Source of the DNA: Octopus bimaculoides
Taxonomy: Eukaryota
DNA length: 64,000 nucleotides
Assembly: GCF_001194135.2 (NCBI RefSeq)
Contig: NC_068981.1
Coordinates: 147,453,314 to 147,517,313 of the forward strand
Reading direction: 5' to 3'
In this document: one piece after another, positions 12,310 to 25,243 of the stretch
Numbering within the stretch: the first letter of the stretch is position 1
Layout of the letters: each line of letters starts with the position of its first letter
The notes under the pieces: generated by a model
What the model was told of the DNA's origin: nothing
Seen by the model: only the letters and a program-made list of their open reading frames with translations
The model's database searches: none
Translations under genes and position numbers: made by a program

Positions 12310-12690
12310 AAAAAACAATGGACAGCTTCCAATTCACATGTGTAAGGCAAATACTCAACATCAAGTGGCTGCAAAAGGGTCTGAAATAACATAATTGAAA
12401 TGACAACAGGCATCAACAGGATCAGTGATGAAATAAGACACAGATGCTGGAAGTGGATCAGACACGTCCTCAGACAAGATCAAGAAAGTGATTGTATGGT
12501 AGCACTAAAGTGGAAGCCCAAGCAGAAAAGGGCGGTAGGGTGCCCTAAAACCACATGGTGAAGGACCATTCACAAGAAAAGATGATGAGAAGAGCAGAGA
12601 AGCTGGAATGAGATCAGAACAATGGCAGAAAACAGAGCTGGTTGAAGAGATCATACTGTGGCCCTATGTGCCTTATAGCATGGAGAAAAC
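12310..12690 (+). pseudogene. RTE-clade LINE 3' end fragment
   Basis: Translates to ISDEIRHRCWKWIRHVLRQDQESDCMVALKWKPKQKRAVGCPKTTW*RT, matching the RTE C-terminal RRW.W.GHVLR...GKR.RGRPK.TW pattern. Confidence 0.85.
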
Positions 12691-13589
12691 TAACACATTT
12701 ATTATGACACAAGACCGATCATAAAACATGAGAGAATGTGACCCAGACTTGAACCTAAGCATATTTGCAATGCTTTACAAGATGTTCAAAAGTGAAAAGG
12801 AGGACACTACTTTATAAACAGCAAAATTTGGAGTTATCAATACCATTATTTATAAGATTGTAGTTTGTAATTCTTCCAACAAGAAAATATTGACCAGAAA
12901 GTTTATTAAATATCAAACAGTGATGTTGTAATTTAAAAAGCTGCAACTTTTCTCTGGTTTGTTTCCTTGTAATAATAGTTTGAAATGAGAAAAAAAAATT
13001 GTAATAATTTTACAGTGAAAGGTGGTTTTTGTCAAACAATGAATGCAACTAACACAATGCCATTGAAATGTTCAAATAAAAATGTCATTTTCACTAAAAT
13101 TAAAAATAAAAGAGCAAGTGAGTAATAGAGAAAATGAGAATGTGTGTGAATAAAGTGGAATGGGAGAGAAAATGACAGAGTGAAGGTGGAGTGGAAAGGG
13201 AGAACAGGCTGAATTCTTCATTATAATTTATTGCTGAAAGGTTCAAAGAATTTGATTTTCCAGCTTTTATTTTTTGGGAAAAAAAGAAAAATCCAAAGCT
13301 TTTACAGTATTCAATTTAAATATTCTAAAATGGTGGTGAGTGATATCAGTAAATGTACAAATGGTGGTGGTGGTGGTGATAGGGGAGTATATCAATAGAA
13401 GTATAAATGATTGTGAGCGGAGAAGGATATCCAGACGTCTACAAATGGTGGGTGATATCAATGCATGCATAAATTATGATGGGAGAGACGATATTAAGGC
13501 CTGTGCAGGTGGCTGTAGTGAAAAAGGAATATATATCAGTACATGAACAAATGTCAGTGAGAGTATGGATACAAATAACAAATATATTA

Positions 13590-14030
13590 CGTGCTGGTGC
13601 CACATCAAATGCATCTATGCCAGTGCCATGCAGAAAGCACTCAGCACATACTGTAAAGTGGTTGGCATTAGGAAAGGCATCCAGTCATAGAAACCATGCT
13701 AAAACAGACAACTGAAGCCTGGTACAGATCTCCAACTTGGTAGCATGAAAAATGGGCATAAAATGATGATGGTGATGATGATCATCAACATCCTCATTTA
13801 ACATCCACTTTTCTAAGCTTGCATGGGTCAGATGGAATTTGCCAAGGCAAGTTTTCTAAGGCTGGATGCTCTTCCTATTGCCAACCTTCATTTGTTTCAA
13901 AGCAAGGTAATATTTTCTCATTGACATATGTTTTTCATGGAAGACTGAAAGTGAACACTCTTACTCATATGACCATGATGCTCATTTACAACCATCATGT
14001 GATGTTTTGACACGAGTACACACAAGCACA
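13590..14030. mobile_element. Two RTE-tailed SINE fragments, tail to tail
   Basis: Plus copy ends GATGATGGTGATGATG (about 13780); minus copy begins CATCATCAACATC and continues GGATGCTCTTCCTATTGCCAACC. Confidence 0.7.
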
Positions 14031-15721
14031 TACACCCAAATAATAAATAGTATATATGTAAACAAAAACAAACAAAAAACAGTGGAATAATACTGTGTGG
14101 TAGCAACAAGCCTTTATTAGCAATGAGACTGTGTGTTGACTCTCACTGCTTGACAGTAGTCATTAATGGTTATGATGAATCATGATTCTAAAAAAAATTT
14201 TCAAGCTAAAAGTTAATTAAAACAGTCATGTCAAGATTATGCCTAACTTATGGTTAATAAGCTGCTCTACTATTAACTGTAAATAATTTGAGGCATCATA
14301 TATCACAAGAGGAAGTGCAGTATGTGTGCTATGTATATATGAATCTATCTGAATTAAAAACCTGGAAATCTCCAGTATACACAAGACTTTTTTGCAATGT
14401 CTCTACATCTACAGCTTTGTGTCATTCTAAACTTGGATTTCAAATAACATTTTAGTTTTTCAAAACAACAGTGGTGGTAAGTCTGCAGCTTGCTGTAGTG
14501 ACAGATCCACAGAACTGCTGTAGTAACAAATCTTCACACAGTCATAAGTCTTCAGAACTGTCAAGTTAACAAGGCTTCGGAACAGCCAGAACGACAAGCC
14601 TTCAAACACTGAGTTCCATCTTTAAATCTTGATGTTTATCTAATAGACAGACATTCAATTTTTTAGTGCAAAAGTGATTTGATGATTGTTTTTTGCTGAA
14701 TGTATGTCAGAAAATAAAAATAATTCCAACTACCAATCAGAACCATGTTGTTAAGCCTCCATCTCAGTTCTGACCACATAGACTTATGATGAAAGGTATT
14801 CCAACCATGGCAATCCTATTTTTCAGTCCCAACAATATTAAGGACTACATTATCCAACATATTCATTATTCAGAAGGGCAAGCATGATTTGAGGGAAGTT
14901 TGGCTGCTATTTCTAACAGGCAAAATAACTGCATAGAACAGGGCCAAAAAAAAAAAATGCCAGATTTAAAAATTATCTTTAAATTTGGTATTATTTATTC
15001 TACCAGTCTCTTTTTGAGAACCACTAATTTATAGAGATGTGAACAAACCAACACTGGTTGTCAAATAGTAGGGGAGTTGGATAACCCCCCCCCCACACAC
15101 AGACATAGATGCATGCACACACACGCACACACATGGGGCAGGTTTCCACACAGTTTCTGTCTACCAGATCCATTCACAAAGCACTGGTTGACATGGGGCT
15201 ATAGCAAAAGTCACTTGCTCAAGATACTGCACAGTGGGACTGAACCAAAGATCACATGCATTGCAAAGTGAGCTTCTTAACCACACAGCTATGCCTGTGC
15301 CATTATGAGACAAAATAATAGTAATAATAATAATAATAAATGAATCCTCAGTTGATTCCAATGATGACTATTCAGTGTCCAATCCACTGAGTGACTACTC
15401 CTTGAATTAACATGTGAAGTGACTAAGTAGTCTACAAATGAGTGTAACCTTAATGTAATTAATTCTCAGGAAGAATCTGCATGGCATAGTGTGTTCAGGC
15501 TGGAGTCATGAATTACAAGTGCAATCCATTTGGCAGCCTACTAAACAGTTTCCATCTATCCAGCTATACTCACAAGGCTTTGGTTAACCTGAGGTTGTGG
15601 TAAAAGACCTTTTCTCAAGATACCATTCAGGGGAACTAGATGCAGGGTTGCATGATAACAAAGTGAACTTTTAACTATTCAGTTATATAAAAATAGAATT
15701 AAAAAAAAAAAATACTATAAC

Positions 15722-16100
15722 AGGCACAAGCATGGCTGAGTGGTTAATAGGCTTGTTTTGTAACTACATAGCATCGTATTCAGTCCCACTGCACAGTACC
15801 TTGGGTAAGTGTCATCTACTATAGCAGCAGGCAAACCAATGCCTTGTGTAGATGGAAACTGTGTGGAATCTCATCATATATATGTGTGTATGTGTGTTAT
15901 CCCACCCTTTCCCCAACCACTTTACAACCAAGTGTTGATTTATGTCCTCTGTAACTTAGAAGTTCAGCAAAAGGAGCTAACAGAATAAGTACCAAATTTG
16001 AAAAAAAAAGTACTGGGGTTGATTTATTCAACAAAAACCTTCAAGGTGGTGCCTCAGTATGACCACAGTCCTATGACTGAAACAAGTAAAAGATAAAAGG
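15722..16100 (+). mobile_element. SINE family A copy (older); further reverse copies at about 14990-15300 and 15520-15690
   Basis: TGGCTGAGTGG head and TGACTGAAACAAGTAAAAGATAAAAG end. Confidence 0.85.
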
Positions 16101-16939
16101 TAACAATATATTTGCACAGCTTTCATTTATAGCTTTCTGTGCTGCATGCTCTTTGACTTCTGTTATTGGTACAAAATGGCTGCAAACCAGCAGGAACAGT
16201 TTAGTAAGTAAATATTCAGAATTTGCTCAAACCATCCCACTGCTGTTGCACGAGTGGTAAAAAATGAATGCAAAACAAAATTTAATTAGAAGACATATTT
16301 ATTTAACAACATCACTCCAGCTATTTCAGAAAATATCTGCAGGTTTCCAGATTTCACATTCTGAATTGCCTTTCTCACTAATCTCTAACCTATCCCTATA
16401 CAGATGTTGATCTACTACATTTTCTGGCTTACAAGTCAATGCAATATATAGTAATCTGCATATCTTACTTAATGTGGATATACTGTAAGAAAGCATCTTG
16501 TACAGATGTATAGTGCTAATGTTTTTTAGTATTATACATTTATGCAAGACACTTTATCAATTTGAATACTGCAGTGTTGTGGTTTCTTACAGTATATCTA
16601 CATTAAGTAAGATATACATTGCTATTATGAACTAATACTACTTCCATCACTAATAATGAAAGTAGTATACAGTGTAAACATTCAAACATTGTCATTATCT
16701 TTCCAAATCCCAATTTATTTCACATGGAATTTTTCACCCTCTAAAGTCTTGTTTTATATGTTGTGTGTACATTCTAGAAAAATTAGACTTGTAAGCCAGA
16801 TAATATAGTAGAGAGATTCAAACTGAACATCAGCTGCATTGATATCAAGTCTGGAAGATTGTGCAATCATTACTCGTTCTCACAAACAAAAATCTAATGT
16901 CTAGTGATGGTTTTCCATAATGGTTATCACTGGCGTGTG

Positions 16940-17363
16940 CAGTGCTAGATTAACCATTAAGCAAAATAAGCACGTATTCAGGGCATCAAGGGAAGGGGTG
17001 CACCACAGAAATGGTAAATGGCTTATGGCACAAAAGAAATCAATCTGAACTTGGCTAAAATAATAATCAGGATGCTTTATCTCTACTAAGTATAGAAGTA
17101 GATGTGTTATGTAAGATTAATTTTGAGGATCTGATCAAAGACTTTGCAATTAAAAAAAAAAAGAAGAAAACTTTTGAAATATAAATAAAGTGGAAATATA
17201 AAAAAATAGACATTATTTTTCATCCTACTGTTCAGTTTTGTTTTAGTCTGAAAAATAAATTTATTTTATGGTTTATTATTGTTTATATTTTGAATTACAA
17301 AAATATGAGAGCACCAATATCTTTTAAGTGCTTAGGGCCTCTATGGGTCTTAATCTGGCCCTG
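16940..17363. mobile_element. hAT-type non-autonomous element
   Basis: TIRs CAGTGCTAGATTAA / TTAATCTGGCCCTG; 8-bp TSD GGCGTGTG (16932-16939) vs GGAGTGTG (17364-17371). Confidence 0.75.
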
Positions 17364-18689
17364 GGAGTGTGCAAGTGAATCCAAGTAATTTTAGTCACAC
17401 TCCTAACTTTAGGTATGTTCTAATGCACTATATTGCAATCATATATATCATAACTTTGATTAACCAAGACATGTAAGATCTTCCATAAATGTTTCATAAT
17501 CAACTTTCTTCCAAGTCAGCTGTACATTTTCATTTTGTTTATTATATAATCTACTATATTATTCCATTCATATGTCTAAATGAATCTCTCACCTCTCTGA
17601 CGTCGATATACATAGACGGCCTGTGGTTTGAAACAAGTTAACTCTTAAAGGATGCCTATTAGTTTTCTACATTATTCACTACACGTATATGCTAAGACGT
17701 TTTTCAAGTTCCACAACCTTCACATACAAAGAGAGATTTCTACCTTTCTAAATTGATCTTAAACGAAACTAGTAATTCCCCACTGGTTCTGGCACTTCAT
17801 CTTGCCTTCTGGTTTGAACAGTGTCAATGTAGCTTTTAGTCTCTCTTAACTGGTGCAGACACTAGATGATTGATTGTTATCCAAAGTTTTGTTTGCAAGA
17901 TCACCAAGAGCTATTTGTTCTTCTGCCATAGACTTAAATTATATAGCCAAAACACTCAGGTGCACACTAGAGTGTTTGTTTATTTACATACTGCTCTCCC
18001 TTGGGGAAGGAGGCACGTTTTGTTCAACTGCATACATGTGGCAGTGCTAACTCATAATTCATGGCCTAACATGTTAGCATCTTAGTCATGTCTACTCTAA
18101 GCACACATGAATACATACATGCATGTATACACACAGAGAGATTATAGCTATCAATTATATTTTAAAGGATACAATGATATTTCTTTTATTATTCTGAAAT
18201 ATAGCAATGAAAATAGAGTAAAAAAAAAAATGTAGCATTCCAACTACAATAGTACAACTTGATACAGAATTTAGAATATCCATTAGAATGACAAAGAAAG
18301 TACATGTGATGATTCAGAATGAAATTTCCACTTTCCTACAGTTAATAACTAAACAATAGGAAAAACCAATACAATGTGAAAAGAAAAATGGCAAAATGAT
18401 AAACTGCTGAGTGACCCTAGGCTAGAACCTACCTTGTTATCAAATGAATGAAATTGCTGTATAAAAAAAAATAGAAAAAATTCCTAACAAAAAACCCCAG
18501 CAAAACAATGAAATACTGACTGCTTTTAAATTTAAAAAGGTAGCTCAAAGAATTACTTAAGATCTCAGCTGCTTTTGCTAACATTTTTTTATGGCACAGC
18601 ACAGTTCTCTCCTGAAATTATTTCAATTTCAAGATATTTGTTATTCTAGAATTAAAACCCAACAATTATCTTGCAAGTAAAAAATAAAA

Positions 18690-18748
18690 AAAAAAAGACG
18701 AGAGAGAGAGAGAGAGAAAAAATGTGAGAAAGGAAATAAAGAGGGTGT

Positions 18749-18789
<41 letters not shown>

Positions 18790-19230
18790 CATGTAAATTA
18801 GAGAAAGTATGAGATAGCATGAAAAAGAGAAAGTGCATAAGGTATAAAACAGTAAGAGAAAGGGGGGAAACATGTGGAATAGCACAGGAAGCGGAGAATA
18901 GGTAGGATAGTGATAGAAAGAGAGAGTGTGGGGAAAGCAAGAGACAGGGAGAGTATGTGGGATAGTGAGAGAAGTGGAGAGCATACAGGATAGAATGCGA
19001 AAGTGTACAGGATAACCAAAGAAAGGGAATGTGTACTGGGTAACAAGAGAAAGGGAGCCTGGACAGGATAGAAAGAGCACATAATTAAGGCAGGAAGAGA
19101 TAACAAGAGAAAGACAGAATGTATGAGATAAAGAGAGAGAGAGAGAGAGCATGTGAGATGACAAGAGTAAACAAGAGTTATAACAAATGGAGCGCATGTA
19201 GCAGAGAGAGAGAGAGAGTGTATGCAAGAT
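18690..19230. repeat. (GA)n tracts and degenerate purine-rich minisatellite
   Basis: Recurring GAGAGCATGTGGGATAG-like units between (GA)n runs. Confidence 0.7.
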
Positions 19231-20757
19231 GTCACAATTACCCAGTTTTTGCTTCTCTGAGCAAGCTAGAAGCATAGCACCTTCACTCTAGCTTACTTGT
19301 CTGCCTGTCTTCTCATCGCTTATGCTGGATCCACCTGGATCCACATTATCTACTACAGCCAATCTTTCATCTATGCAATGTAAAACCTCCCTCTGGATTG
19401 TCTTTCTCCACATATTTTTCCTGAGACATTAAGCTGTAGGTGCTTAAACCGAGCACCACCCATATGAATCCCATCAAGTCTTGGAGAACTTGTGAAAGTC
19501 TTAGACACTGCTCCTTCCTTTTGGCTAAACTACTGACAACAAAAACAAAGTCTCACATTACACAGAAGTTCTGGAATCATAAATAAAATCAGAAGCAGTG
19601 TAGGAGGAGATATTTTTGGTTTAGTGTAGTCACTAATAGTCTAGTTGTTTTTGACTAAACTTTTTCCTTTTAGAATTAAATTGGAAAGACAAGTTGATAA
19701 AAAAAAGATTTTTTTTGCAGTGAATATAAATTGTCAAATTCATTAAATTGACTTTTTCTCCAGTTAACTTAGAGTATTTCTGTGGTTTTTGTTTCGTTCT
19801 TCAAATTGAAAAAAAAAAGAAAAGAAAAATGTTGTGCTCAAGGTTAAATATTGTTCAATAGAAAGCAAATCTAAAGAAAAGTTCTTGCTTTCATAAAAAT
19901 AATAAAATCAGAACAAAACAATTATTTTTTTGAAACCATTTCATTTTGCGGATATTTAAGTCAATATTTTCTTTATGTTTTAATTAAAATTATTCTTAAA
20001 CAGTTTTCCTTATATTTCAAAAGTTTCTTATTAAAAAAATATTAACATATACTTTTAAAATGTTCACAGAATAGTAGTAGTGAGCCAGAAAACAAACCTT
20101 GTAGTTGAATGTTTGGATAATGCTATAATATTTTAAACTTTTAATATTTATAGGGTCTTTGTAATAAACAACATAACTTGAGCTAATTGAATAATACTGA
20201 TCAAGAATAAACAACAAAATGGGTATTTTGAAATCCAAGTAGAACTTGGTAATAGACATGCCTTCAAACTTGCCACAACTAATGTTACAATAAACAGATG
20301 AATATTTACACCTCTACCCACCACCATCACACATAGATATTCCATCTAAACATAAAAATATAATAAAATATAAAATTTTTAAAGTAGGAGACAAGCAGAC
20401 AGACCTGAAGCAGGTCTGGCATAGAGAGGGAAAATCATTGATGAGGTTGTAAATGGCAATGAAAGAACATTGACAAATGTAGCTGATTGATTTATTAAAC
20501 AAATGATTAATCAAACAATCAACATGGTTAAATGTTAATGAATTTAATAATAATGAAAGATGTGAAATAGAACCTGTAAGTTTGTTTATTATTGGCACAA
20601 TGACCATCCCTAGATGCAACAAAATCTGCTTCAACACGAGTTCACATCAAGAATGTTGCAAACCAATCTTAATGTCTACCAATTTTCATTTTCTAAACCA
20701 TGAAACTGGGGCAAATGGGAAGTTGACAAAAGATGGAAACGGTTTATACACTCCAAA

Positions 20758-21030
20758 TTCATCATCATCGTTTAACATCCGCTTTCCATGCTAGCATGGG
20801 TTGGACGATTTGACTGAGGACTAGCGAACCAGATGGCTGCACCAGGCTCCAATCTGATCTGGCAGAGTTTCTACAGCTGGATGCCCTTCCTAACGCCAAC
20901 CACTCGAAGAGTGTAGTGGGTGCTTTTATGTGACACCGTCACGAGGGCCAGTCAGACAGTACTGGCAATGGCCACGCTCAAGTGGTGTTTTTTACGTGCC
21001 ACCTGCACAGGAGCCAGTCCAGCTGCACTG
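20758..21030 (-). mobile_element. Family R RTE-tailed element
   Basis: CATCATCATCGTTTAACATCCGCTTTCCATGCTAGCATGGG tail and GGATGCCCTTCCTAACGCCAACC core. Confidence 0.88.
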
Positions 21031-21839
21031 TAGATACTAATCGATAAGAATCAAAATTATGTTGAGAATGGTGAACAATGTAATAAATAAGAAATAACTG
21101 AGTAAATACCTGTGAAATTAGGCAAAATGCAGGAGTGGAAATCAATGTTATGCATTCATAGTGGACCAAAAATATGAAATCTTGAGAGAGGAAGGTCTTA
21201 GAAATGCAGCACAGTTAAATATTTTAAAGTTCATATAAAAGTTAGAAATAATTCTACAAGCTTGTGAGTGCATTTTGTAGATGGAAACTGAAAGAAGCCT
21301 GTTGTGTGTGTGTATGCATGCATGCATGCATGTGTGTGTTAGTCTCCTTGCTTTAACTTCACATGATAATCATAGGTGACTGTTATTATCACACAAGCAG
21401 TGTCTTTTGTTTCCAATTTTCTAGCCCTGTGGAAATTTTACCTTCATTGAAAACAAAGTGAGGGTTAGTGATAGGGAGGACATCTAGCAATAGAAGATCT
21501 ACCGCAACAAATACTGTCTAACCCATGCAAGCATGGAAAAATAGATGTTATGATGGTTATGATCATCATCATGACTATTATATTTTGATCATACTATTAG
21601 TGTAGATACTGAACTGTTTAGCACCAATGATGATGAGTATGTCAAAATCCTTTCAACATTAAATGCTGTTGCAATTATTAAGGTGATGACATTATATAAC
21701 TATTGACATAGTATTACAAAAGAGTCACAAAAGAAGCAAAAAAAAAAACACATCAGTTACATAAAAGTAAGTATTTTCAGATGTTTTTTATTTATTTTTT
21801 AAAATTTAAATTGGTACGTTGAATCAAAACCCTATATCA

Positions 21840-22250
21840 TGATCATCATCATTGTATTAACATCAACTTTTATATGCTTGTATGAATCAGATGGAGTTTA
21901 TTGAGGCAGATTTCATATGGTCAGATGCCTTTTCTATTGCCAACTTGCACTTACTTTCAAGTAAGGTAATATTTTCCTTTGGCTAAATATGTTTACACAG
22001 AATACTGGAAATAAGTGACACTACTTGTATAACAATAACAAAACTATTGCACAATGTCAAGACAAGAAGACACAAACATACATGTACTCACATATATACA
22101 ACAGTCCCATTTCAGTTTCCATCTATCAAATTCACTCACAGAGCTTTGGTTGGCACAAGACTAAAGAAGACACTTGCCCAAGATGTCATGCGATGAGATT
22201 GAACCTGAAAACCATGTGGTTAGGAAGGAAGCTTTTTAACCACAAAACAC
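21840..22250 (-). mobile_element. Composite SINE (family A head plus RTE tail); plus-strand copy at about 21260-21570
   Basis: Head GAAGACACTTGCCCAAG...GAACC; tail GAGGCAGATTTC...GATGCC...GCCAAC. Confidence 0.75.
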
Positions 22251-24879
22251 CCATGTCTATATAGAATAAATATTAAATGAGGTATCCAATTAATTAATTA
22301 ATAGCAGTTAGAACTTCATCTGTAAACTTTTAAATTAATGTCTGTCTAGAAATCTATTCAAAATGTTTTTAATTTATGAGATAGATACAAGTTGTAAGAG
22401 TGTTTGGATATTTTCTTAAAAGTGCATTTCGATAACTCCCACGTTGAAGAGCAGAATGAGATTATCAGAAAATAAATGACATCAGTTCAAGTAGAGACAG
22501 ACTCATAGACTAGAATATCGGTAATTGCAAAAGATTCCTAGCTCATAGATCAATCAGCCTGAATAATGAGATGCTTTTATTTCAGCATAACTTCTTTGGT
22601 TATGATCAGAAAACCTGCAATACTCTGTTACATTTCAGAGAACAAATGTTGTTTACAATTGACCAGACAACTTATTTTCTAAATCTCTCTATAAAAACTA
22701 GTTTGGGAATATTGAATGTCAAATTTTCAAATAGGCTTTTTGTAAAAATGTTTAGATCGGACATTTTACAATATTTCTGTAAACAAATGAGTTGAAGAGA
22801 ACAAGAAAAATTTGAATAACTTAAGGAGAAAAAAAAAAAAGAAAATTCTCTTCCCAACTGATGTAGTTATTTCAAATGTGAAGACTTTAATTAGATTCCA
22901 GCAAATTTGATTTATATTTTTAGCCATGATAATCTCATCTCAGCTGTAGATATAATGTCCTAAGTTCTAAGGTCTTCTTTGCATGTGATTCCTGTCTTCA
23001 AGATAGCAAGGAATTTTCGCAACTATTTAGAGTAGATTGAATAATTATGAAGAATACTTTCTAGCTGACCAAAACAGTATATAACATCAACTTTAAAAAT
23101 TACCCAATGAAAGAGTATCTATGTTGTTGTTCAACCAGCTAGAAATATAAGCCAAATGTCCCTCAAACCACACATTGTCTACAAAAAACTGCTCATTCGG
23201 AAAATGTAGAAACATTAGGCATAAACAGCATGATAGAAGATCTTGGCTAAAATGCTTTTGATCATAGGTCTACTCAGCATTAATAACCACACAAGAGTCA
23301 AACTTTGCATTTGTTACTAACCATCAACAGAATTGACCAAACCTGCATTTTGTATCTGTGCTGCAGCCATCTCCAGTCTTCATTCCTATAAAACTTGACT
23401 GAATATCAAAATAAAGGCAAGGTAGCTTGATTGCCAATTGTTAAAAGAAAAAAGGTATTTGTTAGGTTATGAAGAATTCTGGATACTAACATGCTCCAGT
23501 TTGATAGTAAAAGATAATTCTGATGGAGATAGACCAAAGACTATGTGAAGTAACAAGGCAAGATTATACAGGATTGAGAATAAAAAATAATACTATACTG
23601 CAAGTAGAGCAACTCAAACCAACATATGAAAATTAAAAGTAAAAAATGATTAAAACAAGAGATTAATAAAATGTTTCCCTTCTATTATTCCTTCACAGCT
23701 GAAAAATCAAAGACTTTACATACTATATTAAAAATTAATTTAAAACTATATATGAAGGTAATTTCTATATTCTTTTTCCATACTAGCACGCACTCAGCTA
23801 ACAAGTAATTAAAAGAAAAGTTAGTCATAGGAAGGTATATGAACTTTGCAGGCATCTATTGCCAAGAGTGGTGATATTGATACAGTTCAAGTTCAACTCA
23901 AACATCTGTAGTTTAATGTTTATACGAAATATAAGCAGGGGTAGAATTTAGGAGAGTTGCAATTCAGGGGAGGGGGAAAGACAGTTAGGGGTGACAGATG
24001 CATTGCGTCACGTGGGCTCACGTGGAGAGAGTATGCAGCTAATTAGTTCAAACTAGAGATCAGTGCAATAGAAATAGAAGAGTGTACTTAAATTACAAGT
24101 TGTTAATTAGCTAATATCAAATGTTTTGAAATAATAATAAATAATGTAGAATTGATTAATAGTAAAGATAAATTTATTAGCTGGGTTGAATTTTCATTTT
24201 AAACCTTCCTAAAATTAAAATCAAAACAACAAAATTATTATTATCCTTATTCTTTTTATTAAAGCTTAAAGAATGTTCTTTTTTACAGCAACATGCACAG
24301 CTGACATTAAATGAAGGTCTTCAATAACTTCCATGCTAATTCTAACTTACGGTAAGAATTTTAATGGAACGGCGACAAAATTTATGTTTCATCCTTTGAT
24401 GTTATCAGAAAAAGAAAAAAAAAAAACTCAGTAAAGCAAAATAAAATGCCGATAAAAGAATCTGTTAGAAATGAGCAGTTATTTAAATTATCTTTTAAAA
24501 GATTGCCTTGCATAATTCTTTAAGAAAATCTCTGATGGAGGGGAAAAAGTAGAAAATGTAATTTAGAATACAGTTTAGTTCTGAAGTCAACTAATTTTTT
24601 TGTTCCAAATTATAATAGATAATATACTGGCTATTGAAATATTCCCAGGAAAGTTTGTGATTATAAAACTTATGATGTAAATGGGTTTGTGAGTACATGT
24701 GAAGTGACAGCAGAATACTTATAAAATGTTCATCTATTTTGTTGTTGACTTTTTAAAATATACATGGAGAGAGGAGTAAATATTAGAGCCCACAAAATTT
24801 GAGTGACTCATCAGTTTTTAGTTTAACTTGATCCAAAATCAATTTTTTTTTTTCATTTATCTAAATTCTTTTTATTCTT

Positions 24880-25078
24880 TTACTTGATTCAGTAATTTGA
24901 CTGTGGCCATGATGGAGTACCGCCTGAAAGGGAGTTAATCAAAGAAATTGACCCCAGGACTTATTCTTTGTAAGCCTAGTACTTATTCTATTGGTCTCTT
25001 TTGCCGGACCGTTAAGTTACGGGGACCTAAACACACCAGGATTGGTTGTCAAGTGATGGCGAGGGGACAAACACAAAT

Positions 25079-25111
<33 letters not shown>

Positions 25112-25172
25112 GACATATATATACACAACAGGCTTCTTCCAGTTTCCGTCTACCAAATCCACTCACAAGGCT
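24880..25172 (-). mobile_element. SINE family A copy truncated by a gap; another at about 25380-25700
   Basis: Reverse match to the family A body. Confidence 0.85.
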
Positions 25173-25182
25173 NNNNNNNNNN

Positions 25183-25243
<61 letters not shown>

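Noticed and set aside
18652-19275. 207-aa and 145-aa minus ORFs
   Set aside because: They arise from stop-poor (CT)-rich low-complexity sequence.
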